Source: Paragordius varius
Taxonomy: Eukaryota; Animalia; Nematomorpha
Reading direction: 5' to 3'
Assembly: GCA_964247055.1 (NCBI GenBank)
Contig: OZ176050.1
Location: 8,122,001 to 8,186,000, forward strand
Length of the DNA: 64,000 nucleotides
This document shows positions 18,601-31,200 of this stretch, piece by piece; position 1 is the stretch's first letter, and each line of letters starts with the position of its first letter. A model generated the notes under the pieces. That model made no database searches. It saw only the letters and a list, made by a program, of their open reading frames with translations, and had not been told where the DNA came from. Made by a program: the position numbers and the translations under genes.

Positions 18601-19743
18601 TTTCTAAACAAAATAATATATAAATGTACAAACTCTTTAAACATGATAGATTTCGGATTTTGAAATATAAATTGTAAAATACTACAAATTGGCAGAAAAT
18701 TACCATTTTTATCTTATATCAATCAACCTTTCATAGATTGCAAACGGGTCAAAGTGCTATTGGTATATGCATATGATGCTCCAACATATGTCTATGTTAA
18801 ACGATTAGTACATTATCTTTGGGATTATAATATGCACGCAGGTATGGATCTTTGCTTCCTTAATCCCGATTATGAGAATAAACATGGTTGGTGTGATTGG
18901 AAATCGATTGCACAGGGTAAATGGGAATGGATACATTCAAATTTATTGCATTCCGACAAAATTTTATTCATTCAATCTTCTCAGGCAACACAAATTTACC
19001 GTAAAAGGATATCCAAAAAATCGGAAACTAAAATAGATGATATTAAGGAAAATGATAGTGTAAAACTACACTCCAATATATTAACGGATATGAGTTTTGC
19101 CATGGTAAATACGTTTTTTGATTTTTGTTTTGGGAAAAGTGACATGCCTACAACAACGTCTTTCCGTGACAAAGTTATATCATGTACATTTGACAATGAT
19201 CCTACAGGAGATATTGAACATATTAACCACATAAAAATTGGCCCCAATTACATTTTTAAACTCTATGATCATTTGCCTGAAATTATATCACTAATTCACA
19301 CACCTCAACCATCAAAGCTTACCCAATGTGGTAAATCTACATCTAACGAAAAAGAAAACCCTGTTAACAAAATTCTTCCCGCTTTTACTAAACTACAAAC
19401 AGGTCACAAAAAACGACTTCCAGTATTATTGGGTGATTTAAATGACTTATCTACCAGTTTACCCCCATTTGCCGACTATGATATTGGACATTCTGTACCA
19501 AACATTGTTTCATCCACAAAACATGTCTACGGGAAAAATAAAACTAATCCTACCTCTCTCATGCCAAATTGTGGTCAACAAATACCCATAATAAATAATG
19601 ACTATAAAAATATATTTTATAATATAAATAATCACAATCAACTACCTCCTCTCATCGTTGCACGTAATACAAACCATCAAAAAAACTTAGGAACATCTAC
19701 AATTAAACCATGTTTGTCCGAGCCTGCGATATTTTTTAAATAA
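9390..19743 (+). CDS. IL-17 receptor-like single-pass membrane protein with cytoplasmic SEFIR domain; 5' exons tentative (about 9390-9434, 9528-9544, 10602-10673); supported exons 11543-11751, 11826-11900, 15211-15316, 15482-~16173, 16748-16910, 17363-17818, ~18475-18594, 18737-19743
   Basis: Two FN3-like repeats ([24 protein letters not shown]; [17 protein letters not shown]) each followed by a Cys cluster; TM segment [24 protein letters not shown]; SEFIR-like [16 protein letters not shown]....DKILFI.S; phases consistent. The putative signal peptide [20 protein letters not shown] depends on a tentative splice. Confidence 0.75.
12214..12409. mobile_element. 196-bp hAT (Buster-type) MITE
   Basis: TIR cagtggtactca...tgagtaccattg; perfect 8-bp TSD gtctatag (nnnTAnnn); termini related to the 24276 and 28654 elements. 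Confidence 0.9.
12626..12656. repeat. (TA)n microsatellite, about 15 units
   Basis: Direct reading. Confidence 0.95.
12933..13749. mobile_element. 817-bp non-autonomous hAT-like element with subterminal palindromic GACCTAGGTC arrays
   Basis: TIR tagggttgtg...cacaacccta; perfect 8-bp TSD gatgttca. Confidence 0.9.
16466..16735 (-). pseudogene. nad1: Nuclear copy (numt) of a mitochondrial nad1 fragment inside an IL-17R intron
   Basis: [34 protein letters not shown] is the ND1 signature; boundaries approximate. Confidence 0.85.
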
Positions 19744-20084
19744 TATTATACCAACACACATTCTCTAACACAAAAAATCATACATATATATATTTATATT
19801 CCTTTGTTATTATTGGAACTTAAATTATATCTTTTTACATATTATAGAGTTATTGTAATTTTATCCATGCGAAAAATATATTTTTAAATTTTTGCAAAAA
19901 ATCATCTCTATTGTAAAAATCCATATTATAACTAGTCATTATAATTCTATTTCATCTCTTTATGGGTATTTATAGTATTACATTATTATATAAACATATA
20001 TCAGCCTTAATTGAAAATTTATTGCATTGTTTGATATATTAATAATTATAGGATAAAAATAAATTTGTTTTTGTATTGCGATTT

Positions 20085-21656
20085 TTATCCATTTTCGTTT
20101 TCACAAACCCTGGCAATGCATGACAGCAAATCGGATTCATCACTAAACAAAGAAGAAATGCTTATTCGATCATGGTCTTTGGCTGTAGAGGGATTGTAAA
20201 AATTTTCTAATTTTAGCGTTGTATTTGTACCAGTTGTCAAGCTTTCGGGATATGGTTCAAGTTTTATTTCATCAAACAACTCATAAAAGGGAAATAATTC
20301 TTTTTGCACATCTTTATCAAATAAATCGATTGAATGAGATTTATTGGATTGATCTGACGAATCCTGTGAAAAACAAGTTAATTTTGTCCGTTTTTTTGCT
20401 TTTGTCTTTGTAGGAGAATTTTTTTTGGTTTTTGGTTCAATTATATTTTTTTCCGCCAAAGGTTGTGAAAATGACAATGTACTATTATTGGCTAAATGTG
20501 TCTGGTTCGTCGTAGATTTGTTCTCAAGTGGAGTTAAAGCCCTATATAGGACATCATTTAATTTTTCCCAGGACATATTTCTGGGCTTTACAATAGGGTA
20601 TATAACAATGTTTGAATTAAATATTTGTAGAAGTTTAACTAATTCACCGTAGGAAGGATGCATAGAGTAGCACAGTCTATAAAAGTTACCGACTTTACTT
20701 ATGATTTGTTTCGTTGTGACAGTATGATTCCACCACATAACTGATGGTTGAATAACCATTAAATTTGATTCAATCTTACGGTCAAACGGAATTCGAGAAC
20801 ATAACTTAGGGAGCAGATTGTTTACCGATTTTTCGGATTCCAATATTATGTTTGCATCCAGATTGCATTCCGAAAGAATTGTATTTGAAGGTTTTGACCT
20901 ACAAGCATGTATAGGCGTGACAAATGGATCAAGTGTAAGATAATGCTGTATGTTTGTATCTCGATAATATTCATACTGATACGAAGAAACATGGATTAAA
21001 TGACCAGTACTGTCATGTAAATACTTGTATAAAGGTTCATATCCAATATCATAAATTAAATTTAATCTCACAAATCGTTTTTGGGACTCTGTATGTGATA
21101 GCCACTTTTTGACAAGCTTTTGTAAAACATTTAGTGATTCCTCCCTCGACGGAATATAAGTAGATCCCATACTTGCAAACGTGGTATCTAAATAAATGGC
21201 ATCAATATTTTCGGGAAAAATTTTGGTCAAATTAGATTCTGAATTTAGGCCAAACCTAAAGTCTCCAGTATACAATATACGTTTTTCAAAGTTATCTAGA
21301 ATAAACATGACTGATCCAGGGCAATGACCGGCAGGTAGAAGTTTTATCAAAAGATTTTGCGCCAGAAATATATTAGTAAACAATGGCAAAGAAGTAAATA
21401 ATTTACTTATGTGAGTATATTTAGGGTCATTATATAGTAACATTTTGGTGACTGTTGAACAATACAAGTTTTTTTTCTGATATCCATTGTTGGATTGTAA
21501 ATTTGATATATAATTAAAGAATTCGGGTGAATCAAGTCCATACATGTGATCCATGTGTTTATGAGATAAAAAATATATACTAACATTAGAATCAACTATA
21601 AAATTATCAATTCGAATGGATGGAAAATAAACAAGTTCCCCACAAAATTGGTGCAT
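20085..21656 (-). CDS. DCLRE1C: Artemis (SNM1 family metallo-beta-lactamase/beta-CASP nuclease), single exon, 523 aa
   Basis: MHQFCGELVYFPSIRIDNF (Artemis-type N-terminus), FLSHKHMDH, LPAGHCPGSVMF, LYTGDFR, YLDTTF, IHAC, YRLCYSMHPSYGEL. Confidence 0.9.
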   Translation of the reverse strand: MHQFCGELVYFPSIRIDNFIVDSNVSIYFLSHKHMDHMYGLDSPEFFNYISNLQSNNGYQKKNLYCSTVTKMLLYNDPKYTHISKLFTSLPLFTNIFLAQNLLIKLLPAGHCPGSVMFILDNFEKRILYTGDFRFGLNSESNLTKIFPENIDAIYLDTTFASMGSTYIPSREESLNVLQKLVKKWLSHTESQKRFVRLNLIYDIGYEPLYKYLHDSTGHLIHVSSYQYEYYRDTNIQHYLTLDPFVTPIHACRSKPSNTILSECNLDANIILESEKSVNNLLPKLCSRIPFDRKIESNLMVIQPSVMWWNHTVTTKQIISKVGNFYRLCYSMHPSYGELVKLLQIFNSNIVIYPIVKPRNMSWEKLNDVLYRALTPLENKSTTNQTHLANNSTLSFSQPLAEKNIIEPKTKKNSPTKTKAKKRTKLTCFSQDSSDQSNKSHSIDLFDKDVQKELFPFYELFDEIKLEPYPESLTTGTNTTLKLENFYNPSTAKDHDRISISSLFSDESDLLSCIARVCENENG

Positions 21657-21696
21657 TTAAATTTAAAAATTGTAAAACACATGTAATTGTGATGTT

Positions 21697-22139
21697 ATGT
21701 TAAGAAATTTGTCTTTATTATTTCCCCGATGGAAATCGCATTTTGTTGAAGTTGTTACGGAAATTTATCCAACAGATGACAAGGGTAAGATATACGATAC
21801 CAAGCCTTTTAAATTCAAATTACAAAAAGATAAAATATATCACTGGTGTGTTTGCGGATTGAGCCATACCCAGGTATAGAGTATTATTTTTAATATATAA
21901 TCAAAAATTTTATATTTTTACTAATATTTACTATGTTTTAGCCTTTTTGCGATATGTCTCACGCAAGGTTTAAAACAAAGTTTAAACCTTTACGTTTTGT
22001 GGCAAACGAAGATAAGGAAGTCTGGCTTTGTAATTGTAAACAAACAAAAAAAGCTCCGTATTGTGATGGAACTCACAAAAGTTTAAATTTAGTTGCATCC
22101 AAATCACAAAACACATTTACTGATATCAAAAAGCCATAA
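21697..22139 (+). CDS. CISD3: CDGSH iron-sulfur domain protein 3 (MiNT); exons 21697-21873 and 21942-22139
   Basis: Two CDGSH motifs, WCVCGLSHTQ|PFCDMSH and WLCNCKQTKKAPYCDGTH; N-terminal mitochondrial-presequence-like peptide; 68-nt GT-AG intron. Confidence 0.92.
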
Positions 22140-23189
22140 CCTCTGCATTTAAATAATTAAAATATTTGAATAAATGTTATTCTCAATACAGTTAAAAATT
22201 TATTTTTTATCCCCATTTTTGCCGCACAGTGCATGCAAGTTGTTAAAAAATTATGGATAGAAACATAAAACTATTGGTTTCTATTCATATTTACCTTTAT
22301 TTTATAAACCTAAATAATTTTTTATGACGCCCAACATTTTTGAACACAAAACGACTAATTTAGCGTTTTTATGCTATAATTAGTTTAAGTCATATAGATG
22401 TAAATTTAACAAACCAAACCTCACGTAATTTGATAAGGTTTTTCGAAAATTCCCTATATGCCACCCTTGAGAAACATGGCTTACGACCCTTTGTTGAATA
22501 ATATTTTTTTTGATTAAAAGATGTAATATAATTTTTTCAATATAAATTACTATTCCAGACATTGTTTTTGGCTCATTATAAGGGTTCCGACCATTGTCGT
22601 TTGAGTCATTTAAAATCGAAATGCCTGATGATCCACAATTAGTTAATACGACTGTTCATTCTAAAAAGTATGAAAAGGGAGTTAAAGTGTAGGTTGTAAT
22701 TATTTTGAGTTAAATTTATTTTTAAGGCTCTTCAGGGATAATACACAATTATAAATTTTTAAACGGTTTTATATCGCATTAAAATAATATCTTTTTGGGA
22801 AATACGCTTTACATTAACCTACAAGCCTAAAAATTCCAAGGAAAGTAATAGAAATGTACGGAAAAATCAATCCATTATACTTTTGATGCCAAATGCTATA
22901 AAAAATTCCATACCCATTTTAAAACAATAATTAGAGTTACGAGGCAAACCATAAAGTTAGGAAGAAAAGGTTTTGAAAAAATGTATGCTAACACAGCCGC
23001 TTTGTTGTACACAATGCTATATTTTAAGTAGGAACTACTATTTAAAAAAGCATCAAAAGGTTTTGTTACCTAATAAAAATTAACCATCATTTTAAGGAAA
23101 ACAGTCAAATAAAAAAAATCAAGAGGAAAGGCAACACTACATTCACATGTCGCGATCGGATTTTACAGAAATCTTAACATAAATATGAT

Positions 23190-23335
23190 AATAATAATTA
23201 CATTATATAATATCACTCTTTCGAGCGGTCATATCCGTAAACTTTTTCGAAATAGAACCCTGTCTGTGGCGTCCTCGCGTTTTAGGTTTAGTTTTGCCAT
23301 GTCCCTCTTAACTAATGTGACCAGAAAGGCTGTTT
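23190..23335 (-). mobile_element. 5'-truncated RTE LINE 3' end
   Basis: Minus strand VKRDMAKLNLKREDATDRVLFRKSLRI* followed by an AT-rich (TAT/TAA)n-like tail; shares tctggtcacatta with the RTE at 28311. Confidence 0.6.
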
Positions 23336-24799
23336 TTCGCAGTATAGTATTGGGTTTTCAGAAAAAAACTGCGCCTGTACTGCGCCCACTTTTGTACTGC
23401 TTTTTAAAATTAAAAAAAATAATTTATAATATATATTGATTATCTTTATTTATTCAAAAAAATATTTTAGAACTTAATATAGGACCCTCTGTAAAAATAA
23501 CCACATAATTTGTAAAGAAATGGTTTATTTTGCGGTAAAAACTAAGATTGGCCTATTAATTGGTTAATATTTTATTTCTGCACGAATTATACACAGCCTT
23601 TCGCGCAGTGAAACTATAAATCTCAGACCCCACACAGTAAGATTCAGGCCAATGGCTCTTTCACTCAAGGCTTCCGCAAAAAGAGGCCTTAAAATTTAAA
23701 ATTAAAAAAATTAATTTATGATATTATAATAAATGTTGATCAAGGTTAGAAAGTTCATTTTTTGTTATAATAATAACGGAAAATTATATAGAAAATTGTT
23801 TTTCCAGTATTATATTATATAAAATTAATTAGATATGGCATATGATTTTGAAATAACTTTTTTTAATTAAAAAATTTAGAGTTTTTACGTTTTCTATACT
23901 AATTTGGTGGGATGAAAGATATTACATATTTTTTTTTCTAAACTTTATTTTTTATTAGTTTTCTTATTTTTTGCATAACCACAGATATTTTGTTGAAGCG
24001 TACTTCGAACGATTAAGCATGATAGAAATGGTATAACGCTTTAAGATATAATAAATCCCTTTTTCTAAATAATTCGATCATGTTGAACATTACTATAGGT
24101 TCAGATTTTTGATTTAAAAATTTAGCTTGCAAATTTCGGTGAATTTTTGTAAAAACATAATTTTTATTAACATAAATTTGAAAACGAACGAATATTTTAA
24201 TCAAAATTTTGATTGAGAATTGGCATTATCGAATTATATATATATAAAAAGTTATAACATCTCAGCCGTTTATATCAGTGATACTCAAACCGCGGGCCGC
24301 ATGCGGCCCTAAGAGTGCTTTAAAATTGCCCTATGACCATATTGATACTTAAATTATTTTTTTATTGATGTACACATAAACAAATTTTCGCTTATTTTAA
24401 TATTAATTTATTTTCTTTAAAATTAATTATGTTTTATTTTTTACCCAATTCGAAATGTAGAAAAATTTCCCTACATTAAAATGATTTCAAAATTTTGGCA
24501 TACGTTTTTTCTGTATTCTATTTTCTTTTCTATTTTAAAATTTTTATTCCATTCCTTTTTGTATTTAAGCAAGCCTTTCACCCAAACTTCCATATACATA
24601 TTCTTTTCATTGCTATCCTGCATCATCTTTAATAACTTATATCCATAAAATATTTTTCAAATCAAAATCATTAAATTTCGACCTGTTTTTTATAGCATAA
24701 TTCAAATTATATTCCTATTTTTTTGAAAAAATTTACATGATATTTGAACATAAATGGATGACATCTAATGGTAAAAACGATGAAAATCGTTCCTTTATA

Positions 24800-26472
24800 C
24801 AGCGTGCCGAGCATTCTACCCCCTTTTTTTAAAAAATAAACCAATAAAACAATTTAGTAAAAAAACACAAACGTTGTAATTTAAACGCCATAGATAAGAC
24901 AGCACAGTCACATAAATTTTAAATCTATTAAATATATATATTTATATGATACTAAATTTATTCATTTTTAAATACATAAATAATCTAATAAATTCTATTG
25001 GAAATCTATATATTTATAAAAATGGAAAATGCTGGCTTTGTGATCTGGTACAGGAAAACCGGTAGACCCAATCAAATCCAAATAGCGAAAAAATATAATC
25101 ATTAATAAATGTCCCGACAATAGCTTCGCCCTTTTTTTGAAATAGGCCCCCGGTTCGGGCCCACCCCGTATGAAAAACGGGTTTTTTTTAAAAAACAGAA
25201 GTCCACAAACGTGTCTTTGAGACAATTTTCCGGAGAACGTGTTGGACCATTCAATTTCAAATATGATTTTTGTTTACTTATTTTCGATTGCGCCGAACAT
25301 AGTCGAGTCACTTTTTTGATTTAGGCCCTCTTTTTACCCGCTCCCCCCGTTAAATGCCATTTTTTTCAAAAAACAAAGTCTACAAAAATAATTTTTTAAA
25401 TCGATTTTTCGCCCTAGGTATGAGACCGTAAAAATTCAATAAAGATCCACGTATTCCCTGTTAAAAGACAAAAATTTTAGTCCACCGTTTATTTGATGAT
25501 AGCTGCTGGGTAAGGAGCTACCTGCTAAAAACTGATTTTTCATATAACTATGTGATCTGTTTCCGGAAAACCGGTGAAGCCATTCAAATCCAAACATCGA
25601 AAAAATTTAATCATTAATGAATGCCCCGACAATAGCTTCGCCCTTTTTTTGAAATAGGCCCCCAGTTTGGGCTCACCCCGTGTGAAAAATGGGTTAAGTC
25701 AATTTTTTGGAGAACGTGTTGGACCATTCAATTTCAAATATGATTTTTGTTTATTTATTTTCGATTGCGCCGAACATAGTCGAGTCAGTTTTTTGATTTA
25801 GGCCCTCTTTTTACCCGCTCCCCCCGTAAAATGCCATTTTTTTCAAAAAAAAGTATTGCCTGTTAAAAGGCAAAAATTTTAGTCAAGCGTTTCTTTGATG
25901 ATAGATGCTGAGTAAGGAGTATCTATCATATGTATAGCATGTTAAAAGATATATGGATATTAAAACATTATTTATGGTAATCTATATATTTATAAAAATG
26001 GAAAATGCTGGCTTTGTGATCTACAGGAAAAACGGTAGACCCATTCAAATCCAAACTTCGAACCCACCCCCAGAAGTCCGAAGGACTTCCTGGGGCTGCG
26101 TAGCAGCACGAGATTCACGCTAGTTATATATAAAAATAATGTTTTTGTTGCATATATTGAATTGATCTTATGATAATGGCGAACAATAATAATTTAAAAA
26201 ATAATTGTTAATCTAGGCGAATTTTATAATAAAATTTCAACAGAATTATAATGCAATTTATTTAATAAAATATAAATTATATAAAGATTTTATCACTTGG
26301 AAAGGAAATGTAAAAATTTTTCTGGTTACCAAAATTGCTGAAAAATCTCATTTCAAAGTTCTTATTATTTTTGCATAATTAAAATTTAATTTTAAAAAAT
26401 CATTTAGGCGCCCCTAAATAACGGCGCCCGGGGCATGATGCACCCCCTTGCCCCCCCCTCGGTACGCCCCTG
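24800..26472. mobile_element. Non-autonomous hAT element C nested in element A
   Basis: Termini cagcgtgccgag / ctcggtacgcccctg (CAGGGGCGTACCGAG type); TSD cctttata/ccttcata; it splits the transposase start of A. Confidence 0.75.
25005..26123 (+). mobile_element. Non-autonomous Helitron(s) nested in C; second 5' end at 25981; internal tandem duplication (about 25040-25530 / 25560-25920)
   Basis: A|TCTATATATTTATAAAAATGG 5' ends at 25005 and 25981; 3' hairpin GCTGC-GTA-GCAGC then CTAG|T at 26120-26124; no TSD. Confidence 0.8.
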
Positions 26473-28299
26473 CCTTCATAAAATTTTTTTGTCGTTTTAA
26501 ATAAAAATGTTGTTACCTGCCTCATCTGTAAATACCACATAATCAACGAGGAATATTTTAAATTTTTACCAATGAAGAATACACGAAAGAAATCGATTTT
26601 CTCGAAATTAGAACTTTTTACGATAATAATGGTATATCTATGAAATTGGTTTCGATCTGAGATGGCTGTCCCTCTATGATTGGAATAAATAAAGAATTTA
26701 TTAGTCTTTGAAAAAAACAAAATAATTTGCAAAATATTTTATCCTTTCCCTGGTTTATTCATCAGCAAAACTTGGTTTCGCGTGTAAAAGATGAATCACC
26801 CAATTCAGTAACTAAAACGTAGTGGATATAGTTAACCACATCTGTGGCAGAGAATTTAACCTCCGTTAAAAACAACTTCTGATTAATAGCCTGCCTTTGC
26901 GACATTAATAAAATACAAGTTTTCAAGGGAGCAAAATAATAACCCAATTTGCTATTAAAATATTTGCTTTTGACGAAAAATTAATAATATATAAACAAGA
27001 TTATATAAATACACTCCCATATTTTCCAACACTTAAAACGATTCATGAAGAAAATATGGAATATGCTGCGGAGATTAATTTAATAACAGATAATCATTTA
27101 CATTTCTATCTAATGAGTTCAAATTTCGAGAAAGAAATATTAAAAATTCCTTATAACTCGTTATCATGGCATATGGATATATCCAATAGTAAGCATATTG
27201 AACATTTCGATTTTGATCAGGCGCATATCATAGAATTCATAGATTCTAAAAATTATTATAATTCGGAGTCTATATTCAAGGAAATCGTAGCGAAGAAAGA
27301 TGTGGGTTTTGGCAAGATGTGCCAAATAAATATGAAAATAAGTTATCCTAACTGTTTTTCCCTCAACTTACACGTGTGAGGCGGCATATTCAAAAATGAA
27401 ATATGTCAAGAATACATACATAAATCGCTTAACCGGATCAAATGGACGGCATGTTAAGATTGGCCTGTCATGAGGCGAAACCGAATTTGTCAAAAATTAT
27501 TGGTTAATATCAAAATAAATGTTATCAAAATATTTAAATTTTTTAAACTAAATGGCACAAAACGCGTTTTTAGCTGGATTTACATGCGATACGCAAAAAA
27601 CTCATTGTGCTGATTTAGAGTTAAATATGTGCATATGTGTCAAATAGCTATGGAATATTTGCCATATTTAGGTTCATGGCCCTCGAAAAAAAAATATATA
27701 TTATTTGGCCCGTCAAATTTTTTTGGTGAGTACCTGGTTTATATCCTTTCCATCACGTTAAAAATAATATGAAGTACGCTTGAACAAAATTTTGATAAAA
27801 TTTAAATTTTTGAAAGTGTGTATTTTTTTAAAAATATATTTAGTGATATCAAATTTAGTATATATTTAAAAATATTGCACAATGTCGGATTTTTGCGTTT
27901 ATTTTTAGAAAACTGTCCATTTTAAAAGAGCCAAAAAATATGGGACAGAGCCCAGATCTAAAAATTTAATATTTTAAAAATATATTTTGCTTTTTATATG
28001 TAGTTTATGTAATATTTTTGTGATATTGTTTAAAATTAAGCATTTGGCTTTTACCAAAAAATATATTTAAAAATTGTACACCTTTTGCAATTTATACAAA
28101 ACGCCTACCATAAAAGTGTAAATAACTTACTTTAATAACTTGTTAAGGTTAAAACCAAAAGCACCATGATAATCCTGATATTTTTATATCAAAATATATA
28201 CATTTCATCAGGATATTTTTTTGTGGAAACTTTGTAATATACACCACCGATGGTGTAATAACAGGCAAAATATGTTTTAATTTTGTACTGCCTCCAAGT

Positions 28300-31200
28300 T
28301 TAAAATATCTGGTCACATTACTCTTAACTGTATCTATCCATCGCGTTTAGGGGCCCTTTTCCCCTCTTGCCTTTCACAATATAATCATCGATCTTTTTAC
28401 CAATGTAATTATTATCTCTTCTTTTAACATGTCCGAACCATCCTAAACGATTTACCATAAACTTTTGCGTTACCGGTTTGATTTCCGTACTTCCTCTTAT
28501 GTAGACATTCTTCACCTTGTCATTCCTCGTTACACCGCACATCAATCTAAGCATTCTCATTTCAGTAACCTCAAAGTGCCTCTCTTCTGATTTCTTTATT
28601 ACTAATGTCTGTGAGTTGTGCATCATTGTTGGCTGTACAACAGCACTGTAAACCAGTAGTACTCACCAAAAAAATTTGACGGGCCAAATAAAATATATTT
28701 TTTTTTCGAGTGCCATGAACCTTTAAATGGCAAATAATACATAGCTATTTGTCACAATGCACATTTTTATACTCTAAATCAGCACAATGAATTTTTTGTG
28801 GATCGCATGTAAATCCTAAAACTCGTTCGACCATTTAGTTTAAAAATAAAATATTTTTATAACAAAATTTATTTTGATATTAACCAATAATTTTTGACAA
28901 ATTTGGGTTCGCCTCATGACAAGCCAATCTTAATACATCATCCACATGATCATCGGTTAAGCCACTTCTTTATGTATTCTTGGCATACTTCATTTTTAAA
29001 TATGCCGTCTCACAAGTGTAAGTTCAAGAAAAACGGTTAGGATAACTTGAGCACATTTTTTTATATTTTCATATTTATTTGGCACATCTTGTCAAAACTC
29101 TACATATCTTTCTTCTCTACGATTCTCCTTGAATATAGCCTCCAAATTGGAATCATTTTTAAAATCTACGAATTCTTTAATGATATAGGCCTGGTCAAAA
29201 CCGAAATGCTCAAGTTGTTAATATTGGATATGTCCATATGCCATGAGTTTTAAACCAGTTTTAAGCAATTTTATTATTTTTTAATTCTTAAAATCTGAAT
29301 TTCATCTCATTAGATAATAATAAATGATTGTCTATTATTAAATTGATCTCCGCGGTAAATTCCATATTTTCTTCATGAATCGTTTTAAGTGTTGGAAAAT
29401 AAGTCTTCAAAAGCAAATATTTGATTAGCAAATAGGGTTATTATTTTGCTACTTTGAAGACTTGTTGAAAAAACCCACTATTTGTCACTATTAATTTCCT
29501 CGTCAAACTTTCTGTTATCTTTTATAAATAATAGAATTTCATGTCTTAAAACAAAAAATCTATTTAATACTTTGCTAAGGCTTAGTCATCTCACAGCGGT
29601 GGACAAAAGAATATCATCAGACTGACTGTGGATATCTTTAAGGGTTTTAAATTTACGGCGGTTGAATTTTCTGCCACGGATGTGGTTAACTACCGTCTTA
29701 ATTATTAAATTGAGGGATTCATCTTTTACATGCGAAACCAAGTTTTGCTATGAATAAAGCAATGAAAGGATAAAATATTTTGCAAATTATATTTGTTTTT
29801 TAATCGAGGAATAAATCCTTTGTTTATTCCAATCATAGAGGGACAGTCATCCGCGCAGATCGAATTTTCATAGATATACCATTATTATAGAAAAAAATGC
29901 TAATTATTCGTGGTATTATTCATTAAAATTTTAAATATTCATCGTTGAATATGTTGTTGCAAAAAAATCTCACGAAGAGCGCACATTGAGGTGTTGAACT
30001 GTGCTAAAATCAATAGCAATACTAAAATATTTGCTTTTCAGAGCCAATAATATTGTTAAAAATATATTTAGACATATCTTTAATGCGTCAAGCACATGTG
30101 AATCAGAAAGTTGAAGTTTTTTAATTTGCGTTATGATTTGATCTTTATTATGGAATTTAGACATAAAAAAGTGCAACCATTTATTAGACATTCTTTTATT
30201 AGTTGGAAATTAGTAAACGGTTTCATATTTTTTTCCCAAAATATAGCAAATTTCATACGATTTTCATCGGATAATTTACGTTTTTTAGCATTATATGTCA
30301 TCCTTTGAATTTATGTTTAAATATGTAAATTTTTTTTAAAAAAAATAATTTTGAATTATGCTATAAAAAAACAGGTCGTAAAAAATTATGTAGGATAGCA
30401 ATGAAAAGAATAAGGATATGCAAGTTTTGGTGAAAGGCTTGCTTAAATACAAAAAAGGAATTAAAAATTATAAAATATAAAAGAAAATTGAATACAGAAA
30501 CAGATTCAACATGTGCCAAAATTTTCATATTATTTGAATATAGGGAAGTTTACTACTAAATTGTGTAAAAATTATAAATTACCAAAATTAAATTTAAAGA
30601 AAATAAATTAATATTAAAATAAGCGAAATTCGTTTATGTGTATTTTATATATTCATTTATACAAAAAATAATTTAGTATCAATATGGTCATAGGGCAATT
30701 TTAAAGCACTCTTAGGGCAGCATGCGGCCCGCGGTGTGAGTACCACTGCTTTAAACTTACCCTTTACTTTTAGATCGATATTTTTACCTCACAAAACATT
30801 TGAGTATTTTGCCCAACTATTTCGACTTCTTATATTAATATCATGCGTTAAAGAACCATCTGCTGTTAAAATCGCTCCTAAATATTTGCATTCCTCCTGA
30901 CTTTTTACCCACCCTTCTTCTAATTTCATTTCTCGTTTTTTCCCACCGAAATTTATAAGTTCCGTTTTCTTTTTATTAACTCTTAATCCGTATCGTCGTA
31001 GCACATCAATCCATTTACCCACCAATTCTTTCAATTCCTGCAACTAGTCGGACAGCACTATTAGGTCGTCTGCATAAAGAAAATATCAGCCACCATTTTG
31101 CCCTACTTTTTTTGAAAGTTCGTCCATGCATTTCAAATAGTAACGAGCTGATTGCTGACCCCTGATAGACCCCTTGGTTTATTTCAATAGGATCTGATAC

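Larger units (their letters stand above)
24276..27736 (+). mobile_element. hAT Buster/SPIN-like (GTF2IRD2-type transposase) defective element A with nested insertions
   Basis: Termini cagtgatactca...tgagtacctg; perfect TSD gtttatat; transposase remnants DENR, VTCLICK, DGCPSMIG.NK.FISL, FIHQQNLVSR. Confidence 0.9.
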
